Position numbers and translations under genes: made by a program. From a virus, in IMG/VR virus record IMGVR_UViG_3300033112_000364, positions 1 to 63,966 of that record: 63,966 nucleotides of DNA; one strand, given 5' to 3'. Below the pieces are notes generated by a model that had not been told where the DNA came from, searched no databases, and saw nothing but the letters and a program-made list of their open reading frames with translations. Of the stretch, positions 36,586-45,669 are shown piece by piece; position 1 is the first letter of the stretch, and each line of letters starts with the position of its first letter.

Positions 36586-36984
36586 CTAATGCTCATTCCA
36601 CGGTGGACAGTCAGCGTTAGTAGGATAAAAATTTAGAGTAGTTCCATCACGTCTTGTTATAATGAAGTAATTCCTACCTTCATCATCTGTTTCAGATGGT
36701 GGTAAAGAGGTATGATGATATGCTACTAAAAATACCCATACAGTTCGAAGAGCATCAGATGATCCAGATGACATTGCCTCTTGAAAATTAGAGTCCATCT
36801 GATTAGCTGCTCGGGTTAATTTGTTTGTGAGGCTGCCACCAGTTATTGCAGGATTAAATCGTGCAACAAGTGAATTAACTTCATCAATCACATTAGGATT
36901 TAAAGCTTGATTTTCCAATATTGAATTTATAACAGTTACAGTAAAATCTGCTACTGCTTGCCCATTGTCATTTGAAGCCGCCAT
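36586..36984 (-). CDS. hypothetical protein (132 aa)
   Basis: ORF in the array. Confidence 0.6.
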   Translation of the reverse strand: MAASNDNGQAVADFTVTVINSILENQALNPNVIDEVNSLVARFNPAITGGSLTNKLTRAANQMDSNFQEAMSSGSSDALRTVWVFLVAYHHTSLPPSETDDEGRNYFIITRRDGTTLNFYPTNADCPPWNEH

Positions 36985-37005
36985 AAAAGTTAATTCTCCT
37001 TAATA

Positions 37006-37209
37006 TTAAATTTCGCCCCAGAAGTCTCCGGGACAACTGCTGATATTGTGCATTGTTTGAACTTCATCATTCATAGACGCTAATTTAGACATTATCTGTT
37101 CATCAAGAGTCAATCGACAATCCCCGTCAATGTCCCAATACTCGTCAGCAGAAACATAACGCTGTTCTTTGAATGACCACATCATTCCTGATTCTTGATT
37201 TTTATGCAT
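37006..37209 (-). CDS. small protein with an EF-hand-like loop (67 aa)
   Basis: DIDGDCRLTLDE fits the 1-3-5-12 positions of an EF-hand loop. Confidence 0.45.
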   Translation of the reverse strand: MHKNQESGMMWSFKEQRYVSADEYWDIDGDCRLTLDEQIMSKLASMNDEVQTMHNISSCPGDFWGEI

Positions 37210-39389
37210 TAATTTACTCCTATATATAAATCATTAAATCTCGGTATTTCTTCAGTTCCTTTGATATGAACCCGAACTCGAACATCAGCTTGAACGAATG
37301 TGCCAAGCCTGAATTTGTTTCCCGCAGAAACTGAATATTCTTTCCAATCTGACATCCCTCGTTCTGTTTCTACCCGCATTTCTACGGTCTGCGGGCTATC
37401 TTCTGGATGTGCCAAAACAACTTCAGAAACGCGAGAATAGCGAGGTAATTCCACATAGTTTGTTACCCACAACCATTCTGTTTCATCAGAAGCTTCTCCG
37501 TTATACAATTCTACAACTTGATTGTCAACAAGAGCGTATAAAATATCTTCATCACCATCACCCCCGACGCTATGTAAGATTGAAGTTATGGCTACATCCC
37601 AAATTGTCCAATAGTTTCTTTGTAAATCAAGAATGTATGTGCGATCACCGAGCATGAGATGATAACGAGATTGCCATATTTCTGCACGTGCTGCCCTAAT
37701 TTCATCATCAGTGGCTTCATCTAAAAAAGGTTGAATGCTCAAAGACATTTCTTCTGTTTGTAGGGCGTGGTCACCACCGAGAGAATAAACTCTGCGATCA
37801 GTGTCAAGATAAAATGTCATAGAACCAAAGGAAACGATACTATGAGGTGAGCGAGTGCCTTTTCCATTGATCCCACCAGAAGCGTCAATATCAGTTTCTG
37901 GACTAATTTCTAACTGGAAAATACCCGTGATAATCTGTTGTCCTTTTATTGTCCTTATCGCGTGAGGGAAAAAGACGTAGATGCCCCCGCTTGGTGGAAT
38001 AACGTGCATCGCTTGCACGCGAGCATTCCAACTTCCCAGTATGCGAATTGCGTGAGGCAACCTGTGATCGTCATAGGGCATTACTTCAGGACGATCAATA
38101 TAACTAAATCGGATTACGTGCAAATCTGCATCATAACCCCAAATTCTGCCCGCATAAGCCAGAATATGACGCAAGCCTCGTTGGTCTGGTTCGGTGTGAA
38201 ATTCCTTTGTCCGCAGGTAGTCGAAAGGGTCTGCGGGACGCTCATCAGTCCATGAGAAAGTTGAAGGTATCGTAAAACTCAAACTCAATCGCTTTGCAGC
38301 GTTGATGTATGTGAAATCAAAGGGAATGTCTTTAGGCTCTTTGACATTAGTTCTACTGCCCAAACGCTTGGCATAAAATCGAATTTGATCACACCAAGTT
38401 GGAATGTCTTCAGAATAGCCAGTAATGTTTATTGTTGCATCGGTTCTGGTTGGCAAGTTCAAATTTGTAGATGCTACAACTCGGATTTGAGAAATCGGTG
38501 AGGGTGGTGATTCAATTCCATGCTTGCTGGAAGCATAGGTATAACAAATCGCATAAATACCACGTCTAAAACCTTGACCTTCTATCAAATCCCCACCGTC
38601 AATGATGTCTTCTACGAATTCTTCTTCTTCATCGAGATCATCTATAAGGGTGACTTCTTGAACATCAAAAACTTGTGCTTCGTCATCACTATCCAAATAG
38701 GATACTGACGGAAAATAACCAGCTTGAGCAACTTGCTCACCTACATCGTTATTACCATCCCAAACAAATTCGCTGTTGCCAGTCGGTAGAGTGTAAAATC
38801 CTTCATGTCCTTCTACAGCTTCAGGGTTTTCATTAGGTAAAAGTGTTCTTACCAAAATGCCAGCAGAGTTGAAAATCTGAACGCGAACTCTGCTGTTTGT
38901 AGCACAAGCAATCCGAACTGATCCACCATCTTCATTGAAACGAGTAGGATCAAGTTGAACTGCTACAATACCAGTTACACCCTGACGACTAATAACTAAA
39001 GAAAGGTTGGGAGCTGATTCGGGTTGTGGTAGTTCCCAATCATATTCAGTATTTGAATCGGCGTCGAACCACCCATTTCGTGAGGATTGACTGGGATCAG
39101 CGATAAATAGTCTTCTACCAAACAGAGCGTATGTGGCTTGCGTATCTATGCGTTTGTAGCGTGATACGCCGTCGTAATGTCTATCACCTACAAAATGAGC
39201 AACAACCAACTGACCACGAGTCCCTTCAAATCGCTGGGAACTGGAGATATATCCTTTCCGCAGAACAGAGCGACCTTCGTTGTTGATCTCAACATTCACA
39301 AGTTTGTAAGGTGCGAGGCGATTACCTTGAAAGCCAGCAGACGCTTCAAGACCATATCGCAATTCACTCGCTTTTATCGGTGTTGCCAT
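37209..39389 (-). CDS. large virion structural protein (726 aa) with a FlgD-type Ig-like insertion
   Basis: VRVQIFNSAGILVRTL...GNSEFVWDGNNDVGEQVAQAGYF matches the FlgD_ig pattern. The gene lies after terL. Confidence 0.5.
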   Translation of the reverse strand: MATPIKASELRYGLEASAGFQGNRLAPYKLVNVEINNEGRSVLRKGYISSSQRFEGTRGQLVVAHFVGDRHYDGVSRYKRIDTQATYALFGRRLFIADPSQSSRNGWFDADSNTEYDWELPQPESAPNLSLVISRQGVTGIVAVQLDPTRFNEDGGSVRIACATNSRVRVQIFNSAGILVRTLLPNENPEAVEGHEGFYTLPTGNSEFVWDGNNDVGEQVAQAGYFPSVSYLDSDDEAQVFDVQEVTLIDDLDEEEEFVEDIIDGGDLIEGQGFRRGIYAICYTYASSKHGIESPPSPISQIRVVASTNLNLPTRTDATINITGYSEDIPTWCDQIRFYAKRLGSRTNVKEPKDIPFDFTYINAAKRLSLSFTIPSTFSWTDERPADPFDYLRTKEFHTEPDQRGLRHILAYAGRIWGYDADLHVIRFSYIDRPEVMPYDDHRLPHAIRILGSWNARVQAMHVIPPSGGIYVFFPHAIRTIKGQQIITGIFQLEISPETDIDASGGINGKGTRSPHSIVSFGSMTFYLDTDRRVYSLGGDHALQTEEMSLSIQPFLDEATDDEIRAARAEIWQSRYHLMLGDRTYILDLQRNYWTIWDVAITSILHSVGGDGDEDILYALVDNQVVELYNGEASDETEWLWVTNYVELPRYSRVSEVVLAHPEDSPQTVEMRVETERGMSDWKEYSVSAGNKFRLGTFVQADVRVRVHIKGTEEIPRFNDLYIGVN

Positions 39390-39405
39390 CTTATTATCAT
39401 TTTCG

Positions 39406-39801
39406 TTAATAGTGATTGACCTCTAATCTAAAGTATTTGCCAATCGGATTATACCAGATACCTGTTACCGTCTGTTTTCGCTCTTTTGTTTCACCGTTAT
39501 CTTCTTGCACAGCAACACCCATAGGATACACTGAATCTTCGTTACACTTCTTGATCAGTTTGTCTATGGTCTCTGTGGTAGGTGATAAGTCAAACTCACT
39601 ACCTTTCACAACCACTCCATTCTCTTTCACATAAGAGTTGAAGGGGTTGTGATTACGCATCACGATGTCGTATGTGCCGTCGGGAGCGGTGCTGCGGACA
39701 TCTAACTCCATGTCCTCTCTATCGGTGTCAGGTGGATAGTCGTAGAGCATGATCCCCCAGTCAACAGGTAAATCCATGTCTTCATATTCTTTTATCGTCA
39801 T
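39406..39801 (-). CDS. hypothetical protein (131 aa)
   Basis: ORF following the terL stem-loops. Confidence 0.6.
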   Translation of the reverse strand: MTIKEYEDMDLPVDWGIMLYDYPPDTDREDMELDVRSTAPDGTYDIVMRNHNPFNSYVKENGVVVKGSEFDLSPTTETIDKLIKKCNEDSVYPMGVAVQEDNGETKERKQTVTGIWYNPIGKYFRLEVNHY

Positions 39802-39815
39802 TTTTCACCCCGGCC

Positions 39816-39853
39816 CTGAGTAAGACAATTGGGGAGTAAATGGTCTTACTCAG
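39816..39853 (-). other. Perfect 11-bp stem-loop (ctgagtaagac / gtcttactcag, 16-nt loop)
   Basis: Inverted repeat read directly. No U-tract follows on either strand. Confidence 0.8.
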
Positions 39854-39860
39854 AGTTGGT

Positions 39861-39892
39861 AGGGAAAGATGAGGGGTTGACTCCCTTTCCCT
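39861..39892 (-). other. Second stem-loop (agggaaag..ctttccct, with an inner gag/ctc extension)
   Basis: Inverted repeat read directly, immediately downstream of the terL stop. Confidence 0.7.
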
Positions 39893-39900
39893 ATAAGATG

Positions 39901-41814
39901 TTAAAATTCATCAAGGTTTATACCTAATCCTTCAAAAGCGTCAAAACCGAACCCCAAGCCACCATGTTGCTCATGTTGTTCAGGATATAAAATCGCATGA
40001 TCTGTCTGTTCCTGTTCAATCCGTTTTTCGCGAGCAGTTTTGGGATCAGATAATGCGAGATGTCCTAAAATTGCACTGCCAAGAGCGATAACCCTATCAT
40101 CGTAGAAACCTAACTCGCTATCTCCAGGCTTGCGAGTTTGACCCTTTCGTTTTGCCATCGCCCGGACATTACCCTCACTCACACCAGTACCTTCAGTTTT
40201 TTTCCAAATATACTGGTTCATTTCACGAATGGTTTCAATGTCAAATAACCGAATTGTTTTGTTGAGTATCTGATACCGCATTTTTTCAACCATGTCTATG
40301 TGCGTTCTCGGATTGTTGTTCCAACCATAGTCTTTGTTGGTATCTCCTGAATTTGGGAATATCGCATCATGTGTTAGGATACTGTGCGCGCCCCAGCGAA
40401 GCAACGAATCAATCACGGTAATACCAGCATCGTTATTCTCAATAACCCAAAATCCCTCGTTATACCATTTCCAAAGCATGAACGCTTGCTCTGCGAACTG
40501 AACGGGAATGAGGTTGCGAGACTCATATCCACGCAATACTGCTACCTGTTTGAATGGATTGCGTTTTATGACCTGGAGAGAACAATAACTATCTTTACCA
40601 CGACTGGTATCAACACCTAACACATAATCACCGTCTGGATCGGGTTCTTCTTTCACCCTGATGATGCCAGGTTTTACATTCAAAAATAATGGCGATTTGT
40701 CCTCAAATGCGGGTTTGTCAATGTCCATTTCCCCTTCGAGAATTGGATCACTGACATCTTTTTCATGATACCACTTCAAAACAATCGGATCAAACACATT
40801 TTTATCAGTGTGTAAAAATGCTTCTTCCGCAGTTGATGGATACTCTCTGTAGAAATCCAAAAGTGTGATTGAGTTGAGTTTCCATCTTCGCCACTTCAAA
40901 TTTTCAAGTTCAATCTTATAGTGAGTATCACCAACAGAAACCCCATCAAGATTTAGCAGTTCTTGTTCGTTTCCCCAGCGCGGATGCTCATTTTGTGTAA
41001 CACTCATCTGAAATTCACGTTTTTCTTTTTCATTCTCAAATTCATGCCAGTAGTTCGGATGTAGATACCACGCGAGAAATAATGATTGGAATATATCATC
41101 GCCTTCCTCTGCTCGTTGCCAACGCCTATGAAAATCATCATCGTAGGCTTGAGCTGTGGTTTCCATAAAAATACCTGAATTTGCTACTTCGGGAATTGTA
41201 GGTGAAATCGCACCCATAAACTTTGGCAGGTCTTTGTAATACGCAGCTTCAGAGAGATGAAGATAATCCATCGCCCGTCCACGTATCTCTTTTTCGTGTT
41301 CACAAGCCAGAAATGAATTTGTCGCGAGCAGCCTGTGTCCACCCCTTTCATTTCTTTTCTTTGCGAGAGACTGCAACTCTTTTGGCAACATTTGTAGAAA
41401 TGTCAAATAATACTCATAGATATGTTCTGATGAACCCTCTTTCTCATGTGCGGCGACAGCACATCTCAAGTGAGGCTTCATGAACATTAGAACCGTCAAA
41501 ATCGCAGCTATTAGACAAGAAATCCCCAATTGACGGGCTTTCAAGATAATAATGCGAACTGGAAGTCCCGCACGAATCATCGCAAAAAACTGCATCAATA
41601 ACAATTTTTGACCAGGTGTCAGTATGAGGGGACCAAACTCGTTACCACCGTATAGCTGCACTTTAAAGAAATTATTAAGAATCGCTTCAAATACATCTAT
41701 ATCTTCAAGTATTATAGGATCGCGAGCGAGAAGGAGTTCAATAAGATCAGAGAGAAATTCTATCTGCTCATCAGAAAGCTCATCTGAGTCGAACCCATTG
41801 CGGATCACTAACAT
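39901..41814 (-). CDS. terL: terminase large subunit
   Basis: Walker A-like ILKARQLGIS, Walker B-like DYLHLSEA, and nuclease-domain VLGVDTSRGKD. The size is 637 aa. Confidence 0.85.
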   Translation of the reverse strand: MLVIRNGFDSDELSDEQIEFLSDLIELLLARDPIILEDIDVFEAILNNFFKVQLYGGNEFGPLILTPGQKLLLMQFFAMIRAGLPVRIIILKARQLGISCLIAAILTVLMFMKPHLRCAVAAHEKEGSSEHIYEYYLTFLQMLPKELQSLAKKRNERGGHRLLATNSFLACEHEKEIRGRAMDYLHLSEAAYYKDLPKFMGAISPTIPEVANSGIFMETTAQAYDDDFHRRWQRAEEGDDIFQSLFLAWYLHPNYWHEFENEKEKREFQMSVTQNEHPRWGNEQELLNLDGVSVGDTHYKIELENLKWRRWKLNSITLLDFYREYPSTAEEAFLHTDKNVFDPIVLKWYHEKDVSDPILEGEMDIDKPAFEDKSPLFLNVKPGIIRVKEEPDPDGDYVLGVDTSRGKDSYCSLQVIKRNPFKQVAVLRGYESRNLIPVQFAEQAFMLWKWYNEGFWVIENNDAGITVIDSLLRWGAHSILTHDAIFPNSGDTNKDYGWNNNPRTHIDMVEKMRYQILNKTIRLFDIETIREMNQYIWKKTEGTGVSEGNVRAMAKRKGQTRKPGDSELGFYDDRVIALGSAILGHLALSDPKTAREKRIEQEQTDHAILYPEQHEQHGGLGFGFDAFEGLGINLDEF

Positions 41815-43099
41815 AATCTATGTAATCTCCGTCTAAATCAATGTCAACAATTCCACTTTCATCGCGAGAGCTGAGGTTCATTTTGATATTAGTGATGTCT
41901 CTTTCAAATCTGGCATCTAACTGCGGAGAAACACCCTCAGGGTTTAATTTATCATGCAGGTATATTTTACCGCGAGAATAAACTGCCTCAAGATATTCGT
42001 TGGGGAACTCACAAATAGTTTGATCGTTTTTCAACTTGCGAGGAGTGCGAGCATAAGTGTTAAGCATTCGGTCACGACGCTGCGTAGATAAACGCACTTG
42101 AGAAATCGGAAATACTGAACCATCATCACGAACTGCTTGCACCTGATAGGGAATGTTCTGTTTAAACTGGACAGGAAAATTGTATCCTGTATCACTGATT
42201 TTCAAAGGATTCCAACCTTCACGAATACCATCGCGACCAATCTCACTGGGACCGAAAGCGTTCATCACAAGCATACCATCTTCAAATACACGAAATAAAA
42301 TCACCTCGTCATCTTCATAATCCGACGGCACCTCATTTATTTTTATACTCATACCGCGAGTATTCACCACATCATCAGCATTGACCATGAAATTATCAGG
42401 CTCGCCATTATAGATTATCTTGTCGGTTGTTGTTACGCGAGGATAGGTTTGCAATGCCCACCGATTTTCCTCTTGAGTTGCAATACCATAAGAATCATTA
42501 CGAACAAACGCATTGCTTCGCCCCCCCTGCAATCCATCTACTACAACACGCCCAGATTCAAATGAAACAACCTCGCCTTGAGAATCATCTGTGATATTGT
42601 GGACAATATCGCCAACGCGCACGCGAGAGAAATCCCCATTCGCATCTATCAAAATGTTCTCGTTGCTCTCCTCAACAGCACCTTCCGAAATGTAAACTGA
42701 AGTCATACCTTGATAATCATAATACTGAATCACCCCACCAGAAATCGGTCTATCAATATGTCCACGCACCGATTTGATTGTGCTGCGTTTCATTGGATAG
42801 GTTTGAGAACCCCGAACATAACGCAACTCCTCAACAGCGATAAAATCTTCTTCCAAAGCATATATGTTTTGACCAGATATAACAGGAATTTCGGAGTCTA
42901 ATCGAATAAGTGGATAGGTCTCGGGATTGTAAATCAGTAATGAAACTTGATATTGAGCATCATTCAACGCTTCAAGAAGTTCATCATAAAGTTCGTTTTC
43001 ACGATTTTCTTGATACTTGTATTTTCCCCAAGTCCCCTCAAGCGGTTCACCCATTCTACGCCGCAATCCATTCTTCATTTGACGTGCTGTTGTTGCCAT
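41780..43099 (-). CDS. virion-module protein (439 aa)
   Basis: ATG 43099 has an AGGGGA RBS and lies 11 nt after the upstream stop. The track start at 43321 adds 74 implausible residues that overlap the upstream gene. Confidence 0.55.
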   Translation of the reverse strand: MATTARQMKNGLRRRMGEPLEGTWGKYKYQENRENELYDELLEALNDAQYQVSLLIYNPETYPLIRLDSEIPVISGQNIYALEEDFIAVEELRYVRGSQTYPMKRSTIKSVRGHIDRPISGGVIQYYDYQGMTSVYISEGAVEESNENILIDANGDFSRVRVGDIVHNITDDSQGEVVSFESGRVVVDGLQGGRSNAFVRNDSYGIATQEENRWALQTYPRVTTTDKIIYNGEPDNFMVNADDVVNTRGMSIKINEVPSDYEDDEVILFRVFEDGMLVMNAFGPSEIGRDGIREGWNPLKISDTGYNFPVQFKQNIPYQVQAVRDDGSVFPISQVRLSTQRRDRMLNTYARTPRKLKNDQTICEFPNEYLEAVYSRGKIYLHDKLNPEGVSPQLDARFERDITNIKMNLSSRDESGIVDIDLDGDYIDYVSDPQWVRLR

Positions 43100-43109
43100 A
43101 CTATGTCCC

Positions 43110-43577
43110 CTATGTGCCTGGTGCTTGATACAATTCAATAGCGAATGTTGTATCTTGTAAATTATTATTTGAATTTGTAGCACAAAAAAAGATATTATAT
43201 AGAATGTGTTTACCGTTTGCCTCATCATACATAAGTGGATGTGTGATATTGATTTGCCCAGCTTCTTCAAAATCAAATGAACCACCAATATGTTGAAGTT
43301 GCCTTGTAGCACCAGAACCAATAACCTTCAAGTGATCTTTTTCATAAGCATAGTGAACAAAGCAATTTCTACCTAAACAATGAATTTTCCAACCCGTTAT
43401 ACCTGTGTCAAATCTCCAATCTTCAGTAACATTCTCTGCCACCATTACAGATGCTAAACTACCAATTATTTTTTCCGCTGCTTCTTCATTCGTATCTGCC
43501 GACACAATCTCTTGTGTCGTTACTTTGCCAATACGACCACGAGTTGGTCTACTATGACCAAAATTTGTAACTGCCAT
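43110..43577 (-). CDS. hypothetical head-module protein (155 aa)
   Basis: ATG 43577 lies just downstream of the hairpin at 43588-43612. Confidence 0.55.
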   Translation of the reverse strand: MAVTNFGHSRPTRGRIGKVTTQEIVSADTNEEAAEKIIGSLASVMVAENVTEDWRFDTGITGWKIHCLGRNCFVHYAYEKDHLKVIGSGATRQLQHIGGSFDFEEAGQINITHPLMYDEANGKHILYNIFFCATNSNNNLQDTTFAIELYQAPGT

Positions 43578-43587
43578 AATTAAAATT

Positions 43588-43612
43588 ATAGGGGACAAAA
43601 TGTGTCCCCTAT
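43588..43612 (-). terminator. 10-bp perfect hairpin after the capsid-region gene; possible partial terminator
   Basis: ataggggaca-aaatg-tgtcccctat, followed on the minus strand by AATTTTAATT. Confidence 0.45.
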
Positions 43613-43624
43613 ATCCTCTTTACT

Positions 43625-44434
43625 TTACATTTCTGTGGGAATTGTCCACTCAACTGGCATAATACCACTATCAGTGAGGTCTTGACCTTCTTTGATCAGA
43701 TGAGCGACAACTGGTTTGGGATTAATTGTAGATGAACCACTCTCAACAATATCAGGCATTAATGCCAATTCACCATCAGCCGCTTGGATAAATGGTGTAC
43801 CATCTTGAAGATCTGTCCCACCACTATCACTACCATCAACAGCCGTAGATGATATACCAGGACCGATGCCCCATGATTGCAGCCATCCATATTTGCCTGA
43901 CGTGATTGTCTCAACCTGAGATGCACCAACGGCAATAGAAGCCCCAGCAGTGCCAACCACACAATTCATATATTTATGACCAATCATCATCACAGTATTT
44001 GAAGCAGCAAATGAAAATTTGATGGGTCGATCTAACATCACTTTTACTTTGTGTGACGCGTCTTTCGCTTCATTTGAATAAATATAGAAACGTTGACCAG
44101 CACCAGGACCCGATGTCACCAAGAGAATTCCGCGAGCAAAGTCATCTTTTGCCACAGTATCAGTAGATTCTACTGTGAGAGTCAATTCTTGCTGCCCACT
44201 TGAACCACCATCTGCAGTCGTTGCTTGAAACTTTTTGCGAGATGTGTCCCAAAGTTGACCTACACCTTTCGTTGATGCAGCACTAAAACGACATAAACGG
44301 TAAGCAGCGAAACGATTATAATCCTTTACCAGCGATCCAACAACTGAGCCATTTGGGGCGCTGTCGTGGAGCTGATATAAACCCTCGTAAAATTCGTCAG
44401 GAAGTCCACGTCCGAGGTCTGCTATTTGAATCAT
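43625..44434 (-). CDS. second capsid-region protein (269 aa): decoration or alternative shell protein
   Basis: ATG 44434 has a perfect AAGGAG upstream and lies 11 nt after the upstream stop. The protein is Gly/Ser/Thr-rich and beta-rich. Confidence 0.4.
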   Translation of the reverse strand: MIQIADLGRGLPDEFYEGLYQLHDSAPNGSVVGSLVKDYNRFAAYRLCRFSAASTKGVGQLWDTSRKKFQATTADGGSSGQQELTLTVESTDTVAKDDFARGILLVTSGPGAGQRFYIYSNEAKDASHKVKVMLDRPIKFSFAASNTVMMIGHKYMNCVVGTAGASIAVGASQVETITSGKYGWLQSWGIGPGISSTAVDGSDSGGTDLQDGTPFIQAADGELALMPDIVESGSSTINPKPVVAHLIKEGQDLTDSGIMPVEWTIPTEM

Positions 44435-44445
44435 CGTATATCTCC

Positions 44446-45573
44446 TTATGCACCAAGACCTTGAGTCGTGGTAATGCGTCCAGTTGAACAACGCTGAGTA
44501 CATAGATACTGATATTCTATTTCAGCGGTCACCTTCAGAATCTTTTGATTCCAAGAGCGAGTAATGTCAAGCAAATCAGGAAATCCATGCTTATACTGCA
44601 TACGTTTCTTGACAACACCTTGCTTCCAAAAATAAACTGTTTTGTCATCCGTGAAAGTTGGATCAGTGTAAAACTTCAAGCGTAAACGCCTATGGACAAA
44701 TTGATCTGTAGCACCTAACTCAACATCAGAAGCACTATTACGTCTGCGTTGGGATGAACCAGTATCTCCGCCTTGATCAGCAAACTCTGCAGCCATTGTG
44801 GGCCATTCCAACGTTTGCGTATAACGATTTCTACTCATCAGAAAGATTGTCCACGGACGATTACTCATCGGTTTCTCTGCCATCTGTTCCATAGCAGCAA
44901 TGTCATCGCCAGCAGCAATATAATCTTGAAGTGAAATGTCACGAGTAAGATGCTTATGTAGAGGATTCCACAGATATGGGAATATTCCCATCAACGCTGA
45001 CTTCCAGTCTGCTATCTCCAATTCGTTATATGAAAGATTAGCATATTCTGTGTCAGGTTGTGTGATGATGTCAATCCCTTGTGGACTTTCACGACCTTCC
45101 TCGTCAGTGAGGTGATTGAAAAAATGCCTCGCACAATTTTTGATCAACGTTCTTCGCATGTTGCGAAAACGAGGTGCAAGCATATTGACAAGCGTGTTAC
45201 GCGAACCCGAAGGCACATTCCGCAGCACATCATTACGTTGTTCTAAATCTGAAATCTGAAACCTTCCCAAGTTTCGCTGAATTTCGCGTGCTGCAAGGTT
45301 TAGGTAAGTGAGAGAATACGCCCAAGGTAACTCAAAATGTTCGTAAGGATCGAGAAACTCGTCACCGATTGTGTCCCGTGAGCCAGGATCACCAAGCTGG
45401 AACATCTCGTCCTTATGTAAAACCGAACCACTCGCTACGTCACCAGGCTCGACCATCATGTTTTCATCACGATCAAACATAGTCCACGTTGGTGTGCCGA
45501 TTGTGTGAATATCTTCATTCAGATCACGCGCACCATTCGCGATGGTATATTTGGCAAGACTATTCAATGCCAT
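44446..45573 (-). CDS. major capsid protein candidate (375 aa)
   Basis: It lies directly downstream of the scaffold-like gene and is preceded by a structured leader. I saw no diagnostic motif by eye. Confidence 0.5.
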   Translation of the reverse strand: MALNSLAKYTIANGARDLNEDIHTIGTPTWTMFDRDENMMVEPGDVASGSVLHKDEMFQLGDPGSRDTIGDEFLDPYEHFELPWAYSLTYLNLAAREIQRNLGRFQISDLEQRNDVLRNVPSGSRNTLVNMLAPRFRNMRRTLIKNCARHFFNHLTDEEGRESPQGIDIITQPDTEYANLSYNELEIADWKSALMGIFPYLWNPLHKHLTRDISLQDYIAAGDDIAAMEQMAEKPMSNRPWTIFLMSRNRYTQTLEWPTMAAEFADQGGDTGSSQRRRNSASDVELGATDQFVHRRLRLKFYTDPTFTDDKTVYFWKQGVVKKRMQYKHGFPDLLDITRSWNQKILKVTAEIEYQYLCTQRCSTGRITTTQGLGA

Positions 45574-45619
45574 TGTTTGTTCTCCTAATAGGATTGAATA
45601 ACCAAGCTTACAGACGGAA

Positions 45620-45647
45620 GCAAGCAGAGCTGTAAGTCTCTGCCTGC
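45620..45647 (-). other. 10-bp stem-loop (one G-U pair) in the leader of the capsid candidate, with an alternative overlapping 7-bp pairing (45607-45613 with 45630-45636)
   Basis: gcaagcagag / ctctgcctgc and cttacag / ctgtaag, read directly. Confidence 0.6.
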
Positions 45648-45669
45648 ATCCCAGTGGTCTAATTGTAAA

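Noticed and set aside
43100-43321. 74-residue N-terminal extension of ORF 41780..43321, with similar extensions at 44435..44503 and 43578..43598
   Set aside because: The extensions are hydrophobic nonsense that overlaps the upstream genes. Internal ATGs at 43099, 44434 and 43577 have RBSs and sit just after the upstream stops.
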